Source: Ministeria vibrans ATCC 50519
Taxonomy: Eukaryota; Protista; Filasterea
Reading direction: 5' to 3'
DNA: 64,000 nt
Assembly: GCA_943704425.1 (NCBI GenBank)
Contig: CALSCP010000883.1
Coordinates: forward strand, 1 to 64,000
Shown: positions 33,701-46,266 of the stretch, in pieces
Numbering within the stretch: position 1 is the stretch's first letter
Layout: each line of letters starts with the position of its first letter
Translations under genes and position numbers: made by a program
The notes under the pieces: model-generated
Seen by the model: the letters and a program-made list of their open reading frames with translations, nothing else
What the model was told of the DNA's origin: nothing
Databases searched by the model: none

Positions 33701-35612
33701 TCTTGGGCAGCGTGGTCATTCAGAACAACGTCAACTTGTGTTCGGGTGGCGAAGCCTATTGGACTGGCATCACCCCCAACGAGCCGTCGATGACAAACAA
33801 CAGTCCGCTTGACGGTCTGCTCGAGTGCAATGCGCTTGAGCTGGAGCCATCGTCGGTGTCGTCGGCCACGGCGACGCTTGCCGCTGCCGTAGCCCTTTCG
33901 AATCCCAATGCGTTTGCACAGGCGGCCTCCCAGTCGAGTGCGAGTGGAGTTGCGACGACTCTTGTCGAGTCGATGTTGACTACCACCTCGTATCTGTCCG
34001 GGGCGCTTCAAGAATCTATGGTAACCTCAAACGCCACATCATCAAACGTCACCTCGAACGTGAGCAGTGCCGCTCGCCGTGCGCTTGTTGCTATCGATTC
34101 GCTACTGGCGCCCGCCATGCTCACCCTTCTGCAGAGTGCCACTTCAACGACTCCGCTCGCCAATGCAATGGTGAGTGCCGTTGAGACGTCGACTCTGGGC
34201 AGTCCGTGTACGCAGCAGGAGAATTTTGTTGGTCAACACGCCGAGGCAGTCGCCTCACGCTGGAGCACCCTCACCGACGCGGTGGGCACCTACGCTCTCA
34301 GCGGGCTCTCGTCGGTTCAGATGAACAAAGAGTTTGCCCAGGAAGTTTCCAGCACCAGCGCACGAGTGCTTCCTCTGGGCGTCGGCGACTTTAGCTGCTC
34401 CATTGTCGTGCAGCTAATTGCGTATACGACCAATCCTTTTACGCAGCAGGCGGTGTCACTACCGACGGGACTCATCACGCCGCTGCTGCAGCCCCTCTCG
34501 CAGTTTGTGGTTGACTCGCCCATCGTGTCATTTGTCGTGGGTAATGCCACGGTGGAGGGTCTCTCTGACGACGCCCGTGTTCAAGTGACGCTGAAGCACA
34601 CGAGTGATCTGCGGAATGTTACGCGTCGCTGTCACTTTTGGTCCTACACTCTGAATGCGTGGTCGAGGACCGGCTGCACGACTGCAGCAGTGTCGAACCG
34701 CGAAACTATGTGCAAATGCAATCATCTCACCAACTTTGCGCTGCTCTTCGATCCTGACGAATCACCCCCGCCGCCTCAAATCAACGAGTGTGACTCGTCG
34801 CCGTGTCGCAATGGAGGGACGTGCGAGGACGACCTCGACTCGTTCGTGTGTCACTGTGCAACGGGATTCACCGACACGGTGTGTGCGTCGGCCATCGATG
34901 AGTGCGCCAGTGCACCATGTCTCAACGACGCTGAGTGCCACGATGGCACCAACTCGTTTGTATGTGCGTGCAGAGACGGCTTCACTGGTGTGCTGTGCGG
35001 TGAAGATGTGAGCGAGTGCGCTAGCTCACCGTGTCAAAACCAGGCAACCTGCGAGGAGGGTATCAATCAGTTTGTGTGCCTGTGCCACTCTGGATTCACC
35101 GGCGTGCTGTGCGAGGTGAACATTGACGAGTGTGTGTCGCAGCCGTGTGCACACGATAGCGCCTGCATTGACCGCCAAGACGGCTACAGCTGTGTCTGTG
35201 AGGCCGGCTGGACGGGAACACTGTGCGACGTTGATATTGATGAGTGCGCGAGCTCGCCCTGTCACAGCGGCGGCACCTGTACCAACGAAGTTGCCGCGTA
35301 CTCGTGCACCTGTCCCATTGGCTATACGGACGCAGTGTGCTCGACAGCCGACTGGTGTGCATCATCACCGTGTGCCAATGGAGGGGTGTGCTCTAGCGAC
35401 CCTTTGACGGGATTTTCGTGTGTGTGCGCCCCCGGTTGGTCCGGTGAGAGATGTCTGTACAACATTCTTGAGTGTGCCTCTTCGCCCTGTGAGAATGGCG
35501 CTTCGTGCGTTGACGATGTAGATGCTTACACGTGCGTGTGCGCCGCTGGATACACGGGGTTGTTGTGCGGCGCTGACATCAACGAGTGCGCGTCGCAGCC
35601 GTGTGGGGCTCA
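30799..35612 (+). CDS. Secreted or surface protein: signal peptide, many receptor-L-domain/LRR-like repeats, GAIN/GPS domain, at least 7 EGF repeats; runs into an assembly gap
   Basis: MFSVAVLVLALCLS; repeated LxxIxGxLxIxxNxxL motifs; CHFW..WSRTGC..CKCNHLTNFALLF; then INEC/IDEC calcium-binding EGFs. Confidence 0.88.
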
Positions 35613-35927
35613 NNNNNNNAATATTTTTCTTTGAATAAATGAAATAATAATATTCCTTCTTCATTCCTTCCTCAAGAATGAAGAATTAATATCCTAGTAC
35701 AAACTTGAAACTACAGTCTGCAAATACGAATTGACTCACTTGAGTGAGAGTCGACTTCTGCATTGTATTTTGCATATTCATAATGTTAAACGCATTCAAC
35801 TCTCTAATGAGACAATTATTATTGTCTTTTAATTTTTAAGTAATTCATTTCACCAATTCACTGTTCACACAATTTTATTTTTTCTTGTGTACAACCCCCG
35901 CTCTTCAGTGCTATCTCTTGTTTTACC

Positions 35928-36741
35928 ATGGAGCAAATCGAGTCACTGCCGACCATCGCATTGAAGGAAAAAGTTGTCCAAAAGGCGTTTTTGGCGGTAG
36001 GTCGACTGTTCGGTTGACAGCCCTTGCTGCCGTCCCTCTCGCTTACGGCACGCCTCTCTTTGTAGTACAACACCGATATTACTAATTTGAAGGTGTCGAC
36101 GTCGTCGGCGCGCTCAGGATCGCAGTATTTGCGACTGTTTATGGCTGGTAGGCAGATGGGTCTTTTGTGTTCTTGCTCCTCACACACACTCGCTCACTGT
36201 GCCCTTCCCGCCTACTCTTCTCTCGCACACATCTGTTCTGTCCTTGTGTTTCTTTTTCTGTTATGCTGTTTCTCCTTTTGTGTCTCTGTTGTGTTCTGTT
36301 TCTCCTTTTGTGTCTGTTGTCTTGTGCTTCTTGTTCTGCTTTTCTGTCTTCTTTTCTCTGTCACTTGAAACTTCTTGACACCGCACACACACGCTCGTTT
36401 TGTGTCTCTATTACTTGAAAGTTTCTTGACACCACACACACACACTCGTTTTGTGCCCCTGTTACTTGAAAAATTACTCGACACCACACACACACACTCG
36501 TTTTGTGTCTCTATTACTTGAAACTTTCTTGACACCACACACACACACACACTCGTTTTGTGCCCCTGTTGTTCTGTTTCTCTGGTCACAGTCACTTGAA
36601 AGCTCACTCACACTCTACTCGTTTTGTGACTCTGCAGAGGCAGCACTCCGCGCTGCGCAGATTGCCAAGCAAGAGGGATCCAGCGTTGTGGAAGCACACC
36701 ATGTCGAGAAAGTCTTGGCGCAGCTCTTCCTTGACTTTTGA
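35928..36741 (+). CDS. CENPX: Centromere protein X / MHF2 histone-fold protein
   Basis: KVSTSS..YLRLFMAEAALRA..VEAHHVEKVLAQLFLDF*. Confidence 0.88.
36360..36605. repeat. About 45-50-bp minisatellite (ttacttgaaa..cttgacaccacacac..ctcgttttgtg) in the CENP-X intron
   Basis: About 4-5 tandem copies visible. Confidence 0.85.
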
Positions 36742-36838
36742 CTTGAGAGGAACAGGACAGAGAGGAATTAGTGTGATTTGTGGTGTACAAAAATATGTGA
36801 CTTGTATAATTCGAAAGACGGCTCTTCCTTCTTGCTTC

Positions 36839-37788
36839 TCAAGACTGAGGAGTATCTGTTGTGACATCGGTAGTTAAGTCGTAATAGAACTAAAAAAACA
36901 AGTAAAAAGAGGAGGGATTAGCGCCCCTCTCCCCCGCTTCGTTTTGGTCTCACTTGAATAGCATCAACGTATGAGCCGTCCTTCTTTCGTCCCGCGTTGG
37001 GCACTCGTCCGAGTTCACTAAAGCCCTTCTTGCGCCACAGATTTACACTGTGCATACAAAGATAGACATTTGTGTGTGTGTGTGATCGGAATGAAGACGA
37101 CAGGCTGGGAGCTATACGGCTTTTTAGTACCCTGCAGTGTTGTCAACAAAGACTAGATTGAACATGCTCGCGCGGTAGCCCAGGTCGCGCGCCAGAAGAA
37201 GATACGCGTCCGCCATGAAGGAGCCCAGTCCCATGCCTCGACACTGTCACAAGCAAACAAACAAAAAAAAAAGTTTTTCTCTTTTGAGCTCTCAGACGAG
37301 TGTGCGTGTGGGTGGTGTACCTTCGCGTCGACGATGAAACCGCCGTTGCAAATGTGAGCGCATCGCCCTGGAAAATTCGGCTTGATGTACACTGCCGCCA
37401 TCACGACACCCGTCTCGCCATGCGTCACCTAGTAGACGTTCAAGCGGTCAAGGCGGAGTCAAGCGGGCCTAGCTAGGCGTACGCAAAAGGCGTCGTGACT
37501 CAGATAGTACGCGCGGAAGGCCGCGTCGTCCAACGCGCGCTCCTGGGGGTACGTGGCGCCGTCCAACACAATGGCGTTGAAGATACGACGCATCTCTTCG
37601 ACGTGGGCCTCTGCAACCGTGTCTAGGCGCACAGGCGTGCCATCTTTCAGCTGTTGTGAGTGCATCAATTAATTATTATCATTACTAATGTCTTCACAAG
37701 TTTGTTTCAGCACAACTCATACCGTCTTCTCGAGCGGAAGTCGTGCAGGGCGTTCGTTTTTGGGTCTCGGGTCAAGGACGTAAGCCAT
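36839..37788 (-). CDS. GNAT N-acetyltransferase, Mpr1 (azetidine-2-carboxylate acetyltransferase)-like
   Basis: DGATYPQE, YIKPNFPGRCAHICNGGFIV, RGMGLG, LGYRASMFNLVF, LWRKKGF..GRVPNAG. Confidence 0.85.
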
Positions 37789-37920
37789 CAAAATTCAAAT
37801 CAATAAAAATAATAATAATAGGAATAAATGAAGTCGAAAAGTTCACTCAAAAAGGAGAGAGAGAGAGAGAGAGAAATATTAATGCACATATAAAAGAGAG
37901 TAATACAATGCTTCCGCCAC

Positions 37921-37955
<35 letters not shown>

Positions 37956-38018
37956 TATTATTATTATTGTTATTATTTTTAATTTTTAGTCATCGTCAAA
38001 TTAGTACTTTTTGGAAAT

Positions 38019-39716
38019 ATGGACTTATTGGACCTCATCAAAGACTCAACCTCAAGCCAAGCAAGCACACTCAACAGGTCTCATTTTGACTGTGTTTTTT
38101 CTCGTGAATCAGTGACCTTTGTCGCACATTTGTCCATTTTGCGGGTCAGACTCCCTGCAAGTCTATTCGGCAGCTGTGTGACACCTTTGGCCTCAATCAC
38201 ATCGTCAAGAGCATGTCAGTATCTCAACATGACCCTGGACAAGGCTACGGCGTCGGTGCGCGACGATGTGTACGCCGGAGTATCAACAACCGAACTTCCC
38301 GGACTCTCCGACGCCCCCCTGAGCAACGCGCTCCTGCAGCTGCTCCACGACACTCCTGTATCAAGCATATTGTCATCGGAAAGCCCCTTGGAGTCTGATT
38401 TCGTCGTGCTGGTCGCTGAGAGTGGCGAAAAAGTGTTGGGCTTGCGCTCGATTCTCGCCGCCCGATCAGCCTACTTCGATGCCCTGCTCTACGCCCCCTT
38501 TCGGGAGCAGTCGCAGCGCTCCATCTCTGTCGACTGCAGCGCTGGCAAGGTGTTGCAAGTCATTCTCGACTTCCTAGTGGGTCGTGTGTTTCCAAGCGAA
38601 CCGGACGAGCGCACGGGCGAAGTGCTTGCGCTCGCCGACGCCTGGCTTCTCGCCGATCTCACGGAGGCCATTGAGGCACAACTCGGCCAAAAGCTATGCC
38701 ACAACTTTCAACATCGACCACCCTGTGCCCAGTGCATGTCGGGCATCCTGACCACGCTCCACCTGAGCGAATCGCAGTTGCCCCTGCTCCACCAGCGATG
38801 CGCACGTTTTGTCGAGACCGAATCGATTCGCATGGTACCCTCACGTCACTTTGGCCAACTGCCAGCCCTCATACGCGAGCGTGTCTTCAGCGAAGCACGC
38901 ACGCAACTTGCCTGCTACCGCACCGACACGGTCTCAACGTACGTGCGCTGGCGCAGTGTCCGTCAACGCGTCCCGACCGCTCTCAAAGCTGACACCTCAC
39001 GCGTCGAGTGTGCCGCTCTCGATGCCATTCTCGCTGGTCTCGATACCTCTGTGCGCGACCAAAGCACCCTCACTGTGCTTCTCTCGGACGAGTGGCACGC
39101 CGATGTTGCTGTGGATCTTCTCGAGGGGATTCGCGAACGGCTCACCGGCGTTAATTGTCTCGCATGCTTCACTGCCCTCCACCGTCTCGCGCACGGCTTC
39201 ACATTCATCAGCGATCCTGCTCGCACTACACTTACACGCGCTCTAGCGACTGCCGCTCATCTAGTGCTCTCGACAGTGCGTGTGCGCTTCTCCGAGGCAT
39301 TCACACGCGCGCTCGAGCACACTCCGTCACTCCTCCAAAACCTCCGCGCGTCTCTACCGACCGATTCCTCCTACTCACACTTTGCCGTGATACCATCAGT
39401 AGACGACATGGTAGCAGCCGAGACAGCAAATCCCAATATGGAAAGGCCAACGACGAAAAAGAGTGTGTCGCGTGTGTCTCGTCGCATAATAGGCACACGT
39501 ATTGCACTAGTCACTGAGCGACACAAAGTGCGCCGAACAGGAATTGTGCGCTTTGTGGGTGCAACACAGTTTGCAGCAGATGTGTGGATTGGTGTCGAGC
39601 TGGACCTTCCGTTTGTGGGTAGGAATGACGGCTCGGTCAATGGAGTGCGCTACTTTAGCACCACTCGCGAACAGTCTGGTTTGTTTGTACGTCGCGAAGC
39701 CATTTTGAAGCAGTGA
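38019..39716 (+). CDS. BTB/POZ-domain protein with a C-terminal CAP-Gly domain
   Basis: SDFVVLV..RSILAARSAYFDALL..FRE (BTB); GIVRFVGATQFAADVWIGVELD..GRNDGSVNGVRYF (CAP-Gly). Confidence 0.85.
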   Translation: MDLLDLIKDSTSSQASTLNRSHFDCVFSRESVTFVAHLSILRVRLPASLFGSCVTPLASITSSRACQYLNMTLDKATASVRDDVYAGVSTTELPGLSDAPLSNALLQLLHDTPVSSILSSESPLESDFVVLVAESGEKVLGLRSILAARSAYFDALLYAPFREQSQRSISVDCSAGKVLQVILDFLVGRVFPSEPDERTGEVLALADAWLLADLTEAIEAQLGQKLCHNFQHRPPCAQCMSGILTTLHLSESQLPLLHQRCARFVETESIRMVPSRHFGQLPALIRERVFSEARTQLACYRTDTVSTYVRWRSVRQRVPTALKADTSRVECAALDAILAGLDTSVRDQSTLTVLLSDEWHADVAVDLLEGIRERLTGVNCLACFTALHRLAHGFTFISDPARTTLTRALATAAHLVLSTVRVRFSEAFTRALEHTPSLLQNLRASLPTDSSYSHFAVIPSVDDMVAAETANPNMERPTTKKSVSRVSRRIIGTRIALVTERHKVRRTGIVRFVGATQFAADVWIGVELDLPFVGRNDGSVNGVRYFSTTREQSGLFVRREAILKQ

Positions 39717-39858
39717 TGCACAAAGTTGTAGAAGCATTAAGACTGTAATGATTGTAATATTGATTCATAATAATATTATTGTATAGTGTACAACAGTGAA
39801 AAAAAAAATGAAATGAAACAAGGAGGCAGAAAAGGGATAATGAAGAGCAAAAGAGGGA

Positions 39859-42700
39859 TTATGAGGAAGAAGTTTGGCAGATTTCCCACTCGCCTTCAAT
39901 CTGACCAACAAGAACACCAGCAGAGGTGAGTTCAGACCAGAAGGGAACTGCGCTGACGGATCCTGAGAGGGGCAGGGCAGAGAGAACGGTGGACGCAAGG
40001 GAGTCTTCGCGCCCTTCTTGCTTGAGCAGCACAATGACGTGTGTGTGTGTGATGTAGTCGGAGGACTGCACAATGGGCACAAGGTGGGGCAGCTCGGACG
40101 GGCGCCACTCGACGGTGGTGCGCTGATGGCTGCCGCCTCCGCTGCCGCCTCCGCTGCCGTCCTCACTGCCCGCAATGCTCTTGGGTCTCCCCGAGGCCGT
40201 CTTGGTGCGCCCCCGTGGGGCAATGGGCGACGTGATAGAAGCAGGACCGGGTGTGCTCGATGCAGACGATGTGGAAGTGGCCACCACTGGTGACGCGGGT
40301 GGTGGTGGTGCCGCTGAAGTTGAACTTGAGGCAGCAGCTTGGATAAGCTGACCGCGTGGCACGAGAGTGCCCTTGCCACCCCCACTGCTGCTGCCGCTGC
40401 TGCTCCGTGCCCCTCCTTCACTCTCCGAGCTAGTCACGCGTCCTCCTTCACCACTGTTAACTCGATCGAGAGGTCGCCCAGCCATCACAGGTGGGGGAAC
40501 ACCTTGCAACACGGCACCACTCGTCTGCATGAGCACTCCACCTGCACCATCATCCAAATACATGTCCTCCTCGTCTTCGTCGTCGTCGTCGTCGTACTCA
40601 AAGTCATTGCTGGCAAACACTCGCTCGCTCGGCCCGTCCGTCGACACAAGACGACGCGCTGTGTTTCGCGAGCCCACCGCCAACAAGTGCTGATGCTTCA
40701 TCTTCTCCAGCACATCCTCTTCTTCGCGGCGCAGTTGACTCGCGCTCATCGTCGATGTTGTTGCTGTCGCGGTCGCGTCGGTGTCATCACCATCCGCGTT
40801 GGTCGCTGTGTTACTTGTTGTGCTCAAGCGACCCTCACCTTCCGCACTGGCGGAGAGACCACGCGAGAGTTGCTTCTGAGCCTGCGAGATGGCGTTGAGA
40901 GGTTCGCAGACGTCGCCGACATACACGGGCATGGGCACGACAACCTCTTCTTCAGCGGACACCTGCGTGCCACGAACACTATGTGAGCGTGTGACGCCTT
41001 CAATACGCGACGATTGAAACTCGAGGTAAAAGGGGGCGCGCGACGAAAGCGACGCAGGAGGATGGAATGTGAGGCGTGCGCCGGTGAGACGGAGCAGACA
41101 ACCGTCGGTGGTGCTGTCGGCGGCCGAGCCAACAAACTGACACTGAAGAGCACACTCAAAGTAGGCGTACACCGGCGAGTGGTCCGACGTGGTAATGGAA
41201 TCAGCGGAGTTGTAGAGTAGACAACGACAGGCGAGGTCGGGAAAGGACTTCCAGAGAACGCGATCGCACCAGCTGGGCTGATTCACGCGAATGCGACCAT
41301 TCTTGTACGTCTTCTTCCACGCGTACCGCTCGCGGGTGCCACGCTCGTAGCGGTACGAAGGTGGAAAGTTGACGGTGCGCTCCTGGAAGCCGACAAAGGC
41401 ACGACCGGCGTCACGTTCGCGTCGCAACTGGTCAATGTCGTGGAGAGTACCCCAGTCACGCGCCTCGACCGCCTCGAGCACCACATCGATGGGTGCTTCG
41501 CTGCGGTAGTTGAGGTCGCCCATCCAGAAGAGATGGTGGAACTGACAGGAGAGGTCGAGGCCGCGCATGCCAAGCGACAAATTCCGTACAATTTCTGCAA
41601 AGTCGGCGTTGCGACGCGCACAATGTTCGGTGCCGCTGGCAAGGTGAGTCGACACAAAACACAAGGCGGTCGCGTCAAAGTAAAAGCTCACTCCGCACGC
41701 TCCCTTGTTGCCCAGCTTGTTTGCAATGCCCGTTCCCAGTGTGCTCGTTTGCACATGCGTAATGCGATTCGCAGCGCTCTCCCGCACCAGCACACACAAT
41801 CGCATCATCCACAGCGACGCTCGCCCTACCAGATCATACGCTTCGCCAGCGTACGCACTCACTGCTAGTCGAAGGCCCTCGGACCATTCCTTCACGTCCC
41901 CCGTTGCTTCCTGCAAAGAGATTGCGGTGATACATGAGAAAATCATCAATCCTAAACAACTGCAAAGCGCGTTACTTGTGCTCCAATGGCGTAAATGTCA
42001 CAGAAGCCACCCTCCGAATCGGCAGCGAGCCAAGTGTGTAGCTCAATGGGTGCCTCGTGCTCGCCCATGTTGAATGTGCTGCAGAAAACCCGCAGCAAAG
42101 GCGTGTGACGTCGCGATGGAGAGTGCGTCAAAAAGTTGGTTCTCATCATCTAGTGGTGGTAATACAAAAAAAACAGAATTAAAAAAGAAGAATAATAATT
42201 TTTCAAAATGTTTGTACCTCAATGTACTCGCAGAAACGTTCGCGAGCACCCGCCGACTCAAAGCGATAGTCTTTGCGCTTCTTGTGTCGAAAGCGCAACC
42301 CGATACGACGCTGGTCGGAGCGACTCTTGATGACCGTGAGCAGGTCGGCAATCGGATAGGGTTTGTCGTTGGGACTGCTCACGAGCGCATGCAAGCCGCT
42401 CTTCTTGACGAGCGTCACCGTGCCATGATCCATGGTGACCGACAGTCCCGTGGGAATCTTAAGCATGCCATCGAGCTTGGTGACAGGGAAGTATTCGGAT
42501 GGCATTCGCGTCGGCCCTTCGTGCTCTTGTCCAGTCTGTGCAACGACTGACTCTCCTTCTACGCAACAAGACGATAAAACAACAGTGAGATGCAAAAGAC
42601 TCAAATGGAAGAGTATGCAGTTCTGGTATTAACGGGTAGAGATATGTGCTATGCGTAAGTGCTCATAGCAAGGTGGAAAAGAAACGAACGCGACCGGGAT

Positions 42701-42794
<94 letters not shown>

Positions 42795-43308
42795 AAAAAC
42801 AAAGTCGCTTCTTTCAATGACAACAAAGGCACCGGCGGTCTACGGCTCAAGTCAGATTGCAGTGTGCAGCATATAGCAACACAGAGGCGCGCACGGGGGA
42901 AGCGAATAGCGCTGCGGGAGGGCCAGAGGGGGTTGACAAAAAAGTACAATTTTTAGCGAAAAGTGAAAGGGAAAAGACGGAGAAGGACGAAGAGAAGAAT
43001 GGAGGTACAGGGAGAGAATGCACACAATGACAAAACACACGCAGCGGTGAGGAAAAAAGAAGAGAGGAAGAGAGAAAGAGAGAGAGAAAGGGAGAGAGAG
43101 AGAGAGAGAGAGCAAAAAAAAAAAAAAAAGAGCATTGCTTGAGTGAGAAGAGGAGAGGAAGAAATGAAACACCCGACAGCCGAGTGTGATGCAGTGCTCG
43201 TGATGATGGTGTGGACGAAAGGAGGGAGCATAGGGTACCCTTCCCGGGCCGCTGGGCCACTTGGGCGACGGCCGACGAAAGCGCAGCAGAACTCGGAGGC
43301 TGGGCCAT
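39859..43308 (-). CDS. SHIP-like inositol polyphosphate 5-phosphatase (PH-like + catalytic + C2)
   Basis: TFNMG, IYAIGAQE, GIANKLGNKGACGVSF, FWMGDLNYR, PSYRY, PSWCDRVLW, SDHSPV; 5' exons approximate. Confidence 0.88.
42703..42790. repeat. (GA)n microsatellite
   Basis: Visible directly. Confidence 0.95.
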
Positions 43309-43506
43309 CTGAAGGCGGGGAGAAGGGACGGAGGGGGGGAGGGGGGGGGGGGGGGGGGGGCTGTTGGGTGTGTGAGGTGTGTGTGAGAAACTAGTGTGTG
43401 GAATGAACTGTAGAGTCTTGATTTGTGAGATCGGAATTTTCAACAGAAGTTCAGTTTCATTTTGTCTGATTTCGACTGACTCGCCATCCCGCTTGCCGTT
43501 GCTCTC

Positions 43507-44434
43507 ATGTGTACCCCTAGTGAATTAGAGTCGTTTCAAATGGACGGATTTGTGCTGTTAAAGGATATTTTCTCGGCGGAGGAGATGGACAAATGTTGTG
43601 AATCGTACGACAGAATGTTTTCACGCGCTCGCGCTCGTGGGGACAATGTGCAGGCCAAGTGGAAGGGAGACTGGCAGACAGACGTGGATGAGCAAGGCAA
43701 GCCGACGAGCGTTCTCAGTATTCACAATGTGCAGCTTCACGACGCAAGTAAGATATTGTTGATGTTGTTCTTGTTGTTGTTGTTGGTGTTGTGTTTGACT
43801 CTCCTCTCTCCTCGCTCGTTGCAGCCTTCTCCAAGATGCTTGTCCACGAGCGGCTGATGGATGTGTGTAATGCTGTAATGGGCAACAAGGGTGTGTGTTT
43901 GCATCACACCAAGGTAGACTGTGTGTGTTGTGTGTATGTTGCTTATGCGTCTCGCACTGACTTTTTTTGTAGGCACACTTGAAAGAGGCCCGAGTCGGCG
44001 CGGCCTTTCCGCCACATCAAGACTACCATTACTTTCCTTTTGAGAAAGACTCGCTCATTGCAGTCTTTATTCACTTGGAAGAGGCAAGTCCCGACAACGG
44101 AGGCCTTTGTGTATGGCCAGGCTCACACAAACTCGGTCCTCAACGAGACGCAGGCGCAGATGGAGCACACTACTGCGAACCAAACAAGTGGCCCCTGTCT
44201 GGTGCAACGCCCGTGGTTGCGTCCAAAGGCGACGTGCTCCTCTTTCACTACCAGTTGGTACACGCATCGTACCGCAACACCAGTGCGCAGGACCGTCGCA
44301 TGCTCCTCTTCCAGCTTCATACGCCCGACGATGTTCCACTGAAAAACATCCATCGGTCGCCCTGTGCCGGCATTATGTTGCGTGGCGTCAACGAGACACT
44401 TGAAGCAGATCTGGCCAAGAGACACGAGAACTAA
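43507..44434 (+). CDS. Phytanoyl-CoA dioxygenase (PhyH) family 2OG-Fe(II) oxygenase
   Basis: FQMDGFVLLKDIF, HQDYHYFP, NGGLCVWPGSHK, GDVLLFHYQLVHAS..N..DRR. Confidence 0.92.
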
Positions 44435-44846
44435 TGTTAGTCCGTATCGTTTCGCGTTGTGTTGTGTAAAATTAGGTAGTGAAAGTACTCATAATAAGTA
44501 ATAATAATGAAAAATGAGTATTGAAATTGTCTCGGGCAGTCAGTCAGACAGCAGACTCTCAGACTCTCGGTGAGTCTATGCGCTTCTCAATTATTCGTTA
44601 GACGGAATTAATTAGGTAGTGGCGATGGGACATTCCCGTAATAGTAATATACTATAGTTTGCACATTCATTGTTACGGAGCCCAACTCCATGATCTTTTC
44701 GCCAATCAACCATCAATGCTCAATGGTTGGTTTGCGGTTCACAGAATTCTGAATCACAGCCAATCACGTTGACAGGATTGTGATATTATAACACGTAACC
44801 AAAATCATTCGAAATATTTAATATCAGTATTAACAATTAACTTCGC

Positions 44847-45447
44847 ATGGACGACGACGACTACGTGCTTATTGACGGCGTAGACGAGATGGGCGACCAA
44901 CACGCAGGGGCGCCCCCACACGCCCCCAGCGACACTCCGCCCCTCTGCACACCCCATCGCAGCATCTACGACGCCCCGCCCGCCCCCAGCGCCCACGACC
45001 TTACTGGGCTTGCTGCTTGCCGTGCGTCGTCGACTGGTAAGACGCCCGCTTGTTGTCGTTTTTTGGGGGGTTTTTTGAGTTGGTTTTGTGGGTTGAACAC
45101 CAAAAAAAAAGGAGAAAACGAAAAACTTCTTCTGCGATTCTCTTTTCACGTCTCTCCGCTCCGTCGTAGATGACATGGAGGAGGATGAGTCATGGTGCGA
45201 CATTGGCGACGACGAACGGCCTACGCGCGAGCAGGTGGACGCAGAAATGGTACGAAGAAAGAGCGCCAACTTTGTGCGCAGCGCTGACCCTTTCCTGTGG
45301 TGTGTTTCCGTAGCGCATGCAGTCGGTGGCGTACACATCGACATGGGTGTCGCTCAAGCGCAGCGGTCGTCGTATTTTCGAGGCAGCGTCTGATCTTCAG
45401 GGGCCATCGTTGGCGGTATGCGCCAGACTGGGTGTGTGTGTGTTTTT

Positions 45448-45515
<68 letters not shown>

Positions 45516-46233
45516 TTTGTGTGTTTGTGTGTATGTGTGTATGTGCTGTGTATGTGTATGTGTGTGTGTGTGTCTTTGTGGTGTGTGTGTCTTATTTGTG
45601 TGTATGTGTGTGTCTTTGTGGTGTGTGTGGCTCGCTTGCTTGCTTCGTTGCACTGACACTGGCGCAATTGTGTGTAGCGCTTGAAGAACTTGAATGAACG
45701 CGAAAAGGGCTGGTCGCGACTGTCCCCTCTGGGCGAGAAAGAATTCGAGTCCTTGCTCGACACAGACGGCGCACTACGTGACTACGACCAGTTGCGACGA
45801 CGCATTTTCCGTGGCGGTAAAAAAAGGGGGAGAGAGAGAGAGAGAAAGACGGACAGGGAGAAAGGATATGATAGAGAGATAGGGAAAAAGAGGGAGAAAG
45901 CAACAAAAAGTGAGAAAGAAACCATTGATAGAGCGAGAGAGAGGAAGCAACAAAGTGGTAGTAAGAAAGTGATAGAGGGAATGAATATTCTGAATGATAG
46001 GGGTCCACCATTCGATACGGAAACGGGTGTGGCGCTTTCTGTTCCAGCTGCATCCAGTGGATGTGAGTGGGGAGCAGCAGGAGCGAGTGCGGTGTGCGCG
46101 CGCAAACGAATATCGCTACAGACTCAGACAGTGGGAAAACTCGTACGGTAGTAGCACAAAGAGAGTTATTGAAAGACCCCCAATCTGAGACTGGGGAGAC
46201 GCTTTTTTGAATTGAATGGCCTGTACGTTTGTT

Positions 46234-46266
<33 letters not shown>

